A DNA stretch of 64,000 nucleotides, from positions 192,138,001 to 192,202,000 of the forward strand of contig OZ024741.1 of the NCBI GenBank assembly GCA_964016885.1, written 5' to 3'. This document shows, in pieces, positions 25,039 through 37,135 of this stretch (position 1 is its first letter; every line of letters starts with the position of its first letter). This DNA is from Eledone cirrhosa (taxonomy: Eukaryota). The notes under the pieces were generated by a model. It was not told the DNA's origin and did not search any database. It worked only from the letters and a program-made list of their open reading frames with translations. Both the position numbers and the translations under genes were made by a program.

Positions 25039-28000
25039 TCTAGCGACCCCTTACAGCTGGAACTCAGCACGTATAGGAGTTGCGTCCCTTTGTGACGGTC
25101 GCGACTCCCAGTGGCAGATCCATGTACTAAATGGAGTTACGTCCTCATGGGGACTATATATTTGAGAACGTGAGGCAATTCTCTCTCACTTCCTACGCCG
25201 TAGCCGAAAAGACCACTTCAACCTTACCAAGAGACGATTCCTGCTTTCTCTCCCTAGAGATGAATCCTGTCTTATGAAGAGATGACTCATGTCTTCTCTC
25301 TCTCTCTTCTCTACACTCTCCAGTCTGGGAGTTGCGACCAACTCACCATCAACATGTGGTAAAAATTATTTCTATTAATTTATTTGACTTCTGTGAAGTA
25401 AAACTATGTCACAACACATACCTGCAATTATTGTCATTTCTAATAATACATATACACTGATGCTAACATTCTAAATTGGTGACATCGAAAAAAAAAAAAA
25501 TAGGAAATAGTATTATGTGTATATAAAAAAAAAAGAAAAAAACATTTAATACAGAACAATACGCTTCATTCTGATCTGGCTGTATTTTACTGATTTCAGC
25601 ATCTTTATCTGTAACATTTAACAATCAAACTCCTCATATGTGCAAAGCGAACATTCCATTTATTTACACACAAAAAAAAAAAAAATAAAAGATATTGCTG
25701 CTAGCTTCCTAGCAATTGTATGAATGTTTTTTCTTCTTTTCATCTTTATGCCGAGAGCGCGAACCACTGCGTGCAATCTTGCTCGTTTCATAAGGCGGGA
25801 AACGTCAAAGAGGTCCGCTGACGGGGGCAGTTGACCTCAGCATAAAGCCACCAAACCACCATTTCTTCGTTAAGGACGCGAAGAGGTTTCCTCGTGGATA
25901 CGGGAGCCTCCTGTAGTATTTGGCCGATCCATTGCCTGAAAGATATCCCCGTGGAGTCATCCGTTACTCTGAAGGCCGTTAATCACTCGTCTATAAAGAC
26001 GTACGGACAAATCTCGCTTCCTCTCAAATTCCTAAATCTTCGTATGGATTTTAAGTGGATTTTTACGGTTGCCGATTTGCCATACCCTATCTTAGGAGCG
26101 GATTTCCTCCACAACTTCTCTTTGACTGTGGGCGTCCGTGGCAACGCCTGGTGGATGATATCACCGGTTTTTCAATTCGTGGCCGGAAAGCCAATGCTCC
26201 AACAGTCAGTCCCATAGTCTTCATCGCTGCCGCTGGAGACGCCTACCATTCGTTGTTAGGTTTTTTCCCGGAGCTCACCGATGGAAATTTTCGAGTCACT
26301 GAGCCAACCGACTCAACTGAAGATTTCATTTCCACCACCGGTGCTCCAGTGTTTTCGCGTCCACACCGCTTATCGGCGGACAAATTAAAGGCAGCACGGT
26401 CCGAGTTCGACCATATGCTGCAGCTGGGCATTATTCGCCCATCTACGAGTCCTTGGGCTTCACCGTTACACATGGTGCCCAAGACTTCTGGCGACTGGAG
26501 ACTCACGGAGGATTATAGGAGGTTAAATGCTATGACCGCCCCGGACAGGTATCCCATCCCCCATCTCCAGGATTTAGCATCTTCATTGCAGGGGTGTAAG
26601 ATTTTCTCAAAACTAGATTTAGTGCGAGCTTACCACCAAATTCCGGTCAGGAAGGAGGATATTCCGAAAACGGCGATTACAACTCCTTTAGGATCCTTCA
26701 AATGTTTTACCATGCCTTTCGGACTCAGGGCCGCCGCTAGCACTTTTCAGCGGTTCATAGACGAAGTCGCTCGTGGTCTGGACTTCGTTTATGCATACAT
26801 AGACGATCTTCTCGTCGCTAGTTCCTCTCCAGAAGAGCATATGCGCCACATGCATCTTTTATTTCGGCGACTTCAGGATTACCGCATTCGTGTGAATCCC
26901 GCAAAGTGTGTTTTTGGTTCCACTTCGTTAAATTTTTTAGGCCACCTCATCGATGCCGAAGGTATTAGGCCGCTCCCTCAGCGAATTCAAGCCATACAGG
27001 ATTTACCTCCGCCTACAACACTTCACCAGTTGCGTCACTTCTTAGGCCTAATCAATTTTTATAGGCGTTTCGTTCCTCATTGTGCTAAATTGCTATCTTC
27101 CCTTACTGACATTTTGAAAAATGGTCGTAAGAAGAATGAGGATATTTCCTTGACACAAGGACAGCTTAAAGACTTCCAGACTGCCAAGACAGCACTTGCT
27201 AGTTCATCTTTGCTAGCCCACCCTGTACCAGAGGCCAAGCTTTCGCTCTGTGTTGATGCATCTGATACCGCTGTGGGAGCAGTTTTACAGCAGTACAACG
27301 CTGGAAACCAACAACCTTTGGCATTTTTCTCAAGGAAGCTGAAACCAGCAGAAACGCGTTACAGCACGTTTGGGCGGGAATTATTAGCCATATATCTGTC
27401 GGTGAAATATTTCTCTCATATTCTTGAGGGGAGAAATTTTACTGTTTTAACTGACCACAAACCCCTGACCTTCGCTTTGAGGGCTAAAGCCGACAGATAT
27501 TCACCCAGAGAGACAAGGCACCTGGATTACGTTTCGCAATTTACAAATGATATCCAGCACATTGCTGGCTCGCTTAACATAACTGCAGACGCATTGTCAC
27601 GTTTGCCAATCAGCTCCATCTCGTCATCCCAGGAGATCGACTTTAGTCGTTTAGCTGCAGACCAACCTGTACTCCAATCGTTGGATACTCTTTCTGCCGA
27701 GTTTGCGACTTGCATCTTCAAATATCTGCCCTTGTCGACCACCTACAGGCAGATTCTATGTGGTGTATCTACGGATTCACCACGACCTTATGTTCCCGAG
27801 ACTCACCGTCGAATTGTGTTCCTTGTTTTGCACAGCATTTCTCACCCAGGAATTTCAGCCACAGTAAAGCTCATAACGACTAGATTTTTATGGCCCAATA
27901 TGAGGCGAGAAATTACTGTCTGGTGCCGTTCCTGCACACAGTGTCAGAGATCTAAAGTCCACAGACACATCCGGACTCTACTTGGTACTTTCAGTACTCC

Positions 28001-29561
28001 AGATGCTCGGTTTCAACACATCCACATTGATATCGTTGAACCTTGGCCATTCAGTAGTGGATATTCTTACCTCTTGACCTGCATCGATCGTTTTTCGCAA
28101 TGGCCTGAAGCCACCCCCTTAAAAGATATTACTGCTGAGACTATAGCGCGTGCCCTGGTATCAGGGTGGATTACTCGCTTTGGCATGCCAACAATAGTCA
28201 CCACAGACCGTGGTAGACAATTTGAGTCTCATCTCTTCTCTGAGCTGACAAAGATCATTGGTGCTCAACGGATTCGGACCACAGCTTATCATCCTGTTTC
28301 GAACGGAATGGTGGAACGATTCCACCGCCAATTAAAGGCCGCTCTTCGCGCCTATCCAGACTCTCAACGTTGGAACGAGTACCTTCCTATTGTGTTATTA
28401 GGAATTCGGTCATCAATAAAGGAGGACCTTGGGTTCTCCCCGGCCGAATTACTGTATGGTGCTCCTCTAGCGTTGCCTGGGCAAATGCTTACCCCTGTTG
28501 ATCTTGCTTTTCAGGACCCTCTTTCCTACGTATCTCGTTTGCGCTCCTATTTTCAGGACTTATCGCCCATGAATACTAGGAAACAAACTATTAAAGCTGC
28601 AGTCCCGAGGGATATTGCCTCGTGGACACATGTATTCGTCAGAAACGACGCCGTTACTCCACTCCTCACACAGCCGTACTCTGGACCCTACCGTGTGTTA
28701 GCACGTACTGACAAACATTTCACAGTAGACATTAAGGGGTTCAGAGAGACAATTTTGGTGGATAGACTAAAAAGGGCATACAATGACGCTCATACACCCG
28801 AGCCACAAATACCCCAATATTTCTCTCTTGTGCATACACCTGCTCCTTCTGTCCCACCTTCACCTACATACAAGACCACGACCCGTCCTGGTAGAAGAGT
28901 CCACTGGCCCCAAAAACTCTGCCAAACTGTTTTTATGTGAACTGGCTACTGGAGCCTTTTTTTTGTTTTTCTCTTTATTGTATTACTATGTATACATGTA
29001 CCCTTTCATTACTATTTCATGCCTGATTTATACATGTACCTTTTCGTTAATATTTCATGCCTGTGCTGGGAGCCCATGCTTGTGGGTTCGCTACAATTGC
29101 CTTCGGGCTTTTCGCCTATCGTCTAGAGGAGGGTACTATAGCGATCCCTTACGGCTGGAACTCACCACGTATAGGAGTTGCGTCCCTTTGTGACGGTCGC
29201 GACTCCCAGTGGCAGATCCATGTACTAAATGGAGTTACGTCCCCATGGGGACTATATATTTGAGAACGTGAGGCAATTCTCTCTCACTTCCTACGCTGCA
29301 GCCGAAAAGACCACTTCAACCTTACCAAGAGACGATTCCTGCTTTCTCTCCCTAGAGATGAATCCTGTCTTATGAAGAGATGACTCATGTCTTCTCCGTC
29401 TCTTCTCTACACTCTCCAGTCTGGGAGTTGCGACCAACTCACCATCAACATGTGGTAAAAATTATTTCTATTAATTTATTTGACTTCTGTGAAGTAAAAC
29501 TATGTCACAACACATACCTGCAATTATTGTCATTTCTAATAATACATATACACTGATGCTA

Positions 29562-29571
<10 letters not shown>
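25039..29571 (+). mobile_element. Gypsy/Ty3 LTR retrotransposon, gag largely missing, inserted in (TA)n
   Basis: LTRs 25039-25475 and 29137-29571 are highly similar; PBS TTGGTGACATCGA; PPT AGAGGAGGGTAC. Confidence 0.95.
25797..28940 (+). CDS. Gypsy pol (PR-RT-RNaseH-integrase); one frameshift near 26130 between PR and RT
   Basis: VDTGAS; [12 protein letters not shown]; YIDD; VDAS; RELLAI; TDHKPL; H..SHPG..CTQC; [21 protein letters not shown]; PYSGPY. Confidence 0.93.
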
Positions 29572-29611
<40 letters not shown>

Positions 29612-29616
29612 TATAT

Positions 29617-29919
29617 ATATTAAAATATAAATATTAATAAAATAGATGTTCTTTTGATCAATTAAATTTTATTATACATATTTCAGAGGTACAATAGTAC
29701 GTCCTCATCAGATGAAATATAATGATACATGACATACCCCGAGATGTTAAATGGTTAAGATTTAATCAAGGTAAATCTTAACCATTTAACATCTCAGGGT
29801 ATGTCATGTATCATTATATTTTGTCTGATGAGGACGTACTGTTGTACCTCTGAAATATATATAATAAAATTTAATTGATCAAAAGAACATCTATTTTATT
29901 AATATTTATATTTTAATAT
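29617..29919. repeat. Fold-back palindrome (148-bp arms, 7-nt loop) holding two hammerheads (29667-29717 minus, 29819-29869 plus)
   Basis: UUUUGU-CUGAUGA-GGACGUAC-UGUU-GUACCUCU-GAAA-UAUAUA-UA-AUAAAA and its mirror image. Confidence 0.9.
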
Positions 29920-30000
29920 TAATGACTCTGGAAAATATTTTTTGTAGAGTGCTTCCAATCTACTGTAAAACTTATTCTTTGATGTACTCATTGAATCTTT

Positions 30001-30050
<50 letters not shown>

Positions 30051-30059
<9 letters not shown>

Positions 30060-30657
30060 TGAGATGAGCAGAACAAACAAACATTAAACAATCCTTTAAA
30101 TAAATTAAAAAATGATTTAAATATCTACCTGTTCGTAATGCTATTACCGGTGGTTTCGCTTTACAAAAGATTAGAAATTCAGAGAATTTCTAACGGAAAA
30201 GTAAAGTTCATCAGATAGCTATTTTCATCCTATAGGACTAAGTCCCACGGTCTGCAAATATAATGCCAACTACCAGCTCGTATGAGTTATGGCCGTTAAA
30301 GTGACCCACACGTGAACTGGCCGCTAGTGAAAGCGGGAATATTACAGACTTGTTGATGGCTTTGCTGCTAAAAAAATAGTAGTAAGCAACAACGAATTTT
30401 TTCTCTACATAGATTGGAGAATATATAAAATGAGGTAAATATCTCTCTGAGTACTAAGTACCCATAGAGATATATAGGGTGTCTATAATATAATTGTTGT
30501 TCTATGGTACTAATTTGAGATACCAGAACTATAAAAATTGATGAGCAGAACAAACAAACATTAAACAATCCTTTAAATAAATTAAAAAATGATTTAAATA
30601 TCTACAGACACCCTATATATCTCTATGGGTACTTAGTACTCAGAGAGATATTTACCT

Positions 30658-30669
<12 letters not shown>
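30051..30669 (-). mobile_element. Small non-coding hammerhead retroelement (retrozyme-like, ~477-nt unit)
   Basis: Direct repeat 30051-30128 / 30530-30605, inverted repeat 30421-30484 / 30606-30669, (TA)n on both sides. Confidence 0.7.
30140..30219 (-). ncRNA. Type I hammerhead ribozyme with extended helix II
   Basis: GCUAU / CUGAUGA / ACUUUAC..UUAGAAAUU-CUCUG-AAUUUCUAA..GUAAAGC / GAAA / CC-ACC-GG / UA / AUAGC. Confidence 0.85.
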
Positions 30670-30706
<37 letters not shown>

Positions 30707-30791
30707 CACCACCACCCCACTCTCAAGAGCGTGAAACTAATAAACTTTTGTTCGTACTGCCTCTCTGTTTTGTTCCCGTTCAATTTTTTAC

Positions 30792-30827
<36 letters not shown>

Positions 30828-30841
30828 CGTGTGTGTGTATG

Positions 30842-30925
<84 letters not shown>

Positions 30926-31011
30926 AGCGTGTGTATATATACATATATTATATATGTATATGTGTATATATATATATGTGTATATGTGTTTGTAAATGTA
31001 TATATATATAT

Positions 31012-31351
31012 ATATATTGGTAAAAGGAAAAGAAAATGCTGACAAATTGTTCCCAGTGAAAAATAGTTTAATTAGGAATAAGTAAAAATTAGTAATAAGT
31101 ATTGGTTAGTATTCAGTTTTGGTTTTAAGTTTTTACCGGTTGCGCATTTCTAATGCTTTTCAAAAATAATTTTGAGATAGAGCGCCCGTGATGTTTGCTC
31201 TAATCTGCATTAGAAATGCGCAACCGGTAAAAACTTAAAACCAAAACTGAATACTAACCAATACTTATTACTAATTTTTGCTTATTCCTAATTAAACTAT
31301 TTTTCACTGGGAACAATTTGTCAGCATTTTCTTTTACTTTTACCAATATAT
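31012..31351. repeat. Fold-back (145-bp arms, 50-nt spacer) with decayed hammerhead
   Basis: 31012-31156 is the reverse complement of 31207-31351; minus strand UUGAAAA-A-GCAU-UAGAA-AUGC-GCAA-CCGG-UA-AAAA. Confidence 0.88.
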
Positions 31352-31384
31352 CACAACTCGTGTATTACACCTCTATTCTTTTAA

Positions 31385-31422
<38 letters not shown>

Positions 31423-31423
<1 letters not shown>

Positions 31424-31620
31424 GGAACGAGTAGGACCCCGACGGCTGAGCTCAAGCCGTTTCGATGGCTAGTTCTGGACTAGTCCAGAACTAGCCGTCG
31501 AAACGGCTTGAGCTCAGCCGCCGGGGTCCTACTCGTTCCTATTACCCACTCTACTACCCTAAGTATTGAGTACTTTGGTGCGTTATGGTTCACCTGGTTC
31601 CTTACCACATTTCCTTCGTA
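31423..31620 (+). mobile_element. Hairpin-headed pseudo-LTR fragment, copy 2
   Basis: Same ends and fold-back point as 19607-19802. Confidence 0.8.
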
Positions 31621-32140
31621 ATGCACTGGGTAATTGCTGGCCTTGTGCCTAAAGTAGAAACAGTTATATATATATATATGTGTGTTTATATATGTGTATA
31701 TATATATGTATATATATAAGTATATATGTATATATATGTGTGTGTGTGTGTGTGTGAATGTAGAGCGAAGATAATACGTCAGCAATGACGTGTTCGTCAG
31801 AATGTCGTTATGCACACAGCCAGACATACAGACAGATATTATAAGGGCTCGACGGAGATAGATAACCGGCGCCTAACACCCCTTTAACAACAGAAAATTG
31901 AAAAATAAAAGCGCCAGTTAGTATCTTTAGACCGCAAGGAATATATAAATGCAAGTTTGAAGTCAATCGGAGTAGAAAGGTGGATTTGTATAGACTTTGC
32001 AAAAATGAGGACACACACACACAGAAGATCAACAGTTTTGCAAGAGTTGTCAACATGAATGGAGCTATTATTTTTATCTAAAGACATTTTTTCCAATTAA
32101 CACCCGCCCGCCCCCTTAATCTATTTTATTTCTCATTCTT

Positions 32141-32176
32141 TCTTCTGATGAAGGACTAGCGTCCGAAACGTTAAGA
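32141..32176 (+). ncRNA. Minimal type I hammerhead in a Penelope pseudo-LTR
   Basis: UCUU / CUGAUGA / A-GGAC-UAGC-GUCC / GAAA-CG-UU / AAGA; palindromic AACGUU helix III. Confidence 0.85.
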
Positions 32177-32257
32177 CCCTCTTCCTGCTATATCAAGCGT
32201 TAACCTAATATATATATTCCATATACTGTACCGATTGTGTTGTTATTTCTGTTTACC

Positions 32258-32362
<105 letters not shown>

Positions 32363-32432
32363 AGGTCGCCCTCATGTCTCTGATTTTCAGCCCCATGGAT
32401 TTTGTCTATTATATTCCTTTGTTATATTTCGA

Positions 32433-32490
32433 ATACCTGATGATGTCACTGGATTCTTACTGAACCCGGTCATTGAAATGATCATAGTAT
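32433..32490 (+). ncRNA. Type I hammerhead with palindromic helix III
   Basis: AUAC / CUGAUGA / imperfect stem II / GAAA-UGAUCA-UA / GUAU. Confidence 0.75.
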
Positions 32491-32681
32491 AATAAACCTT
32501 TTAAGGAATTACACCAGTCCAGCCTCCTGTTATTTTATAATAACTCACTCCGTACTCGCACCACCAAGTACACAAACGAAGACGGGTGAGTTGCATTACT
32601 TTGAGTGCTCTCCATAATATTACATCGAGGTTGACCATACGGAATGACCAGTTCTATCCAGTGGTGAACCAACAAACCTAA

Positions 32682-32776
<95 letters not shown>

Positions 32777-33385
32777 GATCTGTCCACGCCTTGAACCCTG
32801 GGTGACACCTAAAAGTCAAATTCTAGGTCAACATCCTTTTCGGCGTGGACAGGTTCATGCGTGGGCGATCCCTCGAGGCAGGATGACAGAAAGCGACAGG
32901 TATATAAAGCCTATATTTTCCCACGTTTTACAGAGAGATGGGAGCCGTACTCTATAGACAAGCTATGTAAAGATTCACCGCTATCTACAGGCCGCTGAGG
33001 TCTACAGACAAACACAGACCATTACTGTTGTATGGACTGGGAATCGAACTCACAACCTCATTGTTGTATGGACTGTTAAATTTCTATTCAATTTACACGT
33101 GCTCAACATTTGCATATGAATCACGTGACCTGGGCAGTCAGTCAGCGTTGGTATTAAAAACTCGGTCACAGGCTGCTACTTACTTACTTTATGTTATTCT
33201 GCTACTGCGAGGAGGGGCGTTTTGGTTGTTTCGCAAATTACACAAATTATTTGATATAACTCGTTGTGTTTTCTCTGCGAGTACCGAGAGGAATAGAACA
33301 GAGTTTATTGGCGTCGCCGATAGGATTTACCTACATTGCCGATAGGATTTACCTACATTGCCGGGAAATTGTTTATCACAAAAAC

Positions 33386-36300
33386 ATGGCGAAACAACAA
33401 ACAGCGGAGCTAATAAAATTGTTTAGAGAACAGATGGAACAACAAATGCAACAACAGGAACAACAAATGCAACAACACAAGAAAGATATGGACACTCTGA
33501 TAAAACTGTTTGGTGCTCGAGATTCTGAACAACAGAGTTTATTGGCGTCGCCAGTTGCTTCGACACCAACAGCATTCATCCCACCATTTGCTGCTTTTGA
33601 TTCAACAACAGAACTATGGCCTGATTACTGGTCAAGATTCTGCACGTTTGTGGCTGCTAACACTGTACCCGAGCAACGCATGGCACAAGTGTTCCTGACT
33701 AATCAGACGGCTGCTATCTACAAACAACTTGCAAATCTGGCTGCTCAACAAAATCCGCCTAAAAATATCAACAAGTTGACAATGGACGAAATTGTTGACT
33801 TCATGAAAGAACAGTTCGACCCAAAATTTTTCATTGTGAGAGAACGTTTCCAGTTCTGGAGTGACATGCAACGGAAGCCAGGCGAAACTCTCCAGGAGCT
33901 GGCAGCACGTATACGTCAGGATGCAGCTACCTGTGATTTTCCTTCGATCACAAATCCACAAGATGAAGCTCTAAGACAGAGATTTATATGTTCTGTCAAT
34001 AATGAAGCTGTGTTGAAGGCTATTTTCAAGATCAAGGATACAGAACTAGATTTCGCCCGTGCTGTCCAAGTTGCCATCGGGACCGAAGACGCAGCAAAGG
34101 TTGCCAAGGAAACTGTTTACGGTTCCAAAACCAAGTAAGTCTACAAGGTCCAGCAGAACAAGAAAAAGGGTCCTCGAAAGAACTATCAGCAGTCTTATTC
34201 CACAGACCAGGAGATGTGCTACCGATGTGGAAAGGCCCACAAAGCGACAGACTGCCCCTTCAAAGAAGTAAATGTCATTTTTGTGACAAAAAGGGACATT
34301 TGCAAGCGGTGTGTAGAAAGAAACAACATCAGCAACGTAATCATCGCTCACAGAATTACGTGAAAAGAATCACGAAAGCTGAGCTAGTCAAGGCGATCCT
34401 TGGTGAAGTTCCCCACGATACTCATAGTTTGAATGTGCCAATAACAATCCAGAACAGACTTTTCACAATGGAATTGGACACAGCTACTACAGGCAATTTT
34501 GTTTCCTTGTCAGTTTGGAAACAATTAGGAAAACCGAAGCTGTAAGATGTCAAACATCGGTTTGAATCTGCCAGCAAGCACGACCTGCCCGTTCTGGGAA
34601 CTTTCATGGGCCAAACCAAGGATCCAACGATCGGTAAACGGAATTCAATACCCTACATCGTCACCAAGATCCCTGATCTTAATTTGCTGGGACGAAACGC
34701 TATCCAGACTCTGGGAATTTCTGTGGACAATGCTCTAGGATTGAAAAGCATAGACAGCCAGGCCAAGAGTGAGGGTGCAGAAGTGATGCATACAAAGACC
34801 TCAAATGAGCCCTATATTTCCATGCAACGAGATTGTCACAACATGTGTGATGAATTCCCAGATCTCTTCAAGCAAGAATTGGGATGTCTTAATGACTTCG
34901 AACTGGAAGTGAAGTTCAAGTCGGACTCGACACCGGTCTTTCACAAGGCACGCCCGGTCTCGTTTGCTCTTCGTGATGACCTGGCCAAAGGTTACGAAGA
35001 AGGCATCGCCAAAGGAATCTGGAAGCCAGTACAGTTCAACGAATACGGAACGCCAGTGGTACCGATTCGTAAAGCACATACTTCAGGCAACCTGAAGCCC
35101 AAACTACGGATTTGTGGTGACCAACTTGCAGATCATCGTCATCCAATGCCACTCCCAGAGGAACTGATGCAGAAGCTCGGAGGTGGATTCGGATATACAA
35201 AGATTGATCTTGCTGATGCCTATAATTAGATCAAGCTGGCTCCAGAAAGTCAACGCAGGCTTGCACTCAGCACTCACCGTGGGGTGCTCCTGCAGGAACG
35301 ACTCCCTTTCGGAATCAAGTCAGCACCTAGTTACTTTCAGGAGATCATGGAAAACCTGACTCAAGATCTACCTGGTGTGGCCGTCTTCCAGGACGACATG
35401 CTCGTCAGTGGGAAAGATGCAAACGATCACATGGACAACCTAAAGTGTCTGCTCACACGTCTGTGTGACAAAGGACTCAGATGTCCCCGTGAGAAGTTCC
35501 AGTTGCAATACCCAGTGTGGAATACCTTGGACACACCTTGTCGGCTGAAGGGATCGTGAAGGGATCCAAGGTCGAAGTAGTTTTAAAGATGCCACCTCCA
35601 ACGAATGTCTCAAGCTTGAAGTCTTTCCTGGGTTCAGTTCAGTTCTATGGAAAGTTTATCCCAAACCTGGCCAGCATGGCAGAGCCACTCTATTGCCTTA
35701 CGAAAAAAACGACAACTTGGAAGTGGGGAGATGAAGAACAGTCAGCTTTCGATCAGTTGAAAAATGTGCTTTCATCGGATCGAGTTCTGATACACTTCGA
35801 TTCAAACAAAACTTTGGGACTGGCTTGCGACGCGTCAAACGTTGGTATTGGAGCAGTCCTGTTTCATCGCTATCCTGATGGAAGCGAGCGTCCAATATCC
35901 AATTTGTCCAAGACTCTTACTTCTGCACAGCGTAACTACGGCCAAATTCAAAAGGAAGCCCTGGCCATCATATTTGGCTTGCAGAAGTTCTATCAGTATC
36001 TGTACGGACATCAGTTTATACTCGTGACTGATCACAAACCACTGACATCACTGTTCAGTCCGAGGAAAGGGACGCCACTTCTCGCTGCTAACCGACTAGC
36101 ACGGTGGGCCCTGTGGCTGAACCAGTTTGACTACACCATCGAATATCGGAAAACAGCGGATCATGGCAATGCAGATGCCCTCAGTCGCTTGCCATTTGGT
36201 AATGACATCGACTTTGACAGGAAGGAAAATGGTGAAGACATGGACATGGTGTGCGCCATCAAAGCTCTCAGTCTTCAAGTCCAACCTATCGATTCTAACG

Positions 36301-37135
36301 TCCTCCGTCAAGAGTCAGGGAAAGATCCAGTGATATCTACAGTGATACGCTACGTCCGTGAAGGCTGGCCACCAAAGAATACTGAGATCAATGACGAAGT
36401 CAATAAGTTCCGGAAGTTATCGGATTCACTCAGTATCTGCCACGGATGCCTTATCCATGGATCGAGAGTTGTGATTCCACATAGCTTACAGCCAAAGATC
36501 CTCAATCTTCTGCATCTCGGACACTTTGGCATGGAGCGCATGAAACAATTGGCAAGAACTGCTGTTTATTGGTCTGGTATCGATGCTGCTATAGAGAAAA
36601 CCAGTCGACAATGTGATTCGTGTGGTGAACATCAAAACCAGCCATCCAAGTCTCCAGTTCACCCATGGATGTTACCTGAAAAGCCGTAGAGCCGCTTACA
36701 CCTGGACCACGCAATAAATTTCATGGGCAGTAATTGGTTGGTGATCACGGATGCTTATTCCAAGTATCCATGCATTCATCCTACGTCATACACGTTTGGT
36801 GCAGAACTTCAAACAAGCTCTGAGGAAGACTTCTCTTCCGCCGAAGCGAGCACTTCAAGAGTTCTTAATGCAGTACCGGAGAACACCGACATCCAGTGGA
36901 TTCTCTCCGAGTGAACTTTTGAATCACCGGCAGATACGGACAAGGATTGATTCTCTGCTGCCCTCGCCAGCACACATCGCTCAAGGCAAGCAGTCTAAGG
37001 AAGCATATAAGTCTCAGATGACTCCGGACTCGGCAGGTGTCGCTAAAGTTACCAGGCAGTACAAGGCTGGAGATCCTGTGTATGCACTGTACAACGGACC
37101 TCGCCGAGACAAAGATCTCTGATGGGTACCAGCAA
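33386..37135 (+). pseudogene. gag-pol pseudogene (two CCHC knuckles, PR, RT, RNaseH, partly deleted integrase)
   Basis: CYRCGKAH..C, CHFCDKKGH..C, LDTATT, IDLADAY, FQDD, ACDAS, TDHKPL, HLGHFG..CDSC; several stops and frameshifts. Confidence 0.92.
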
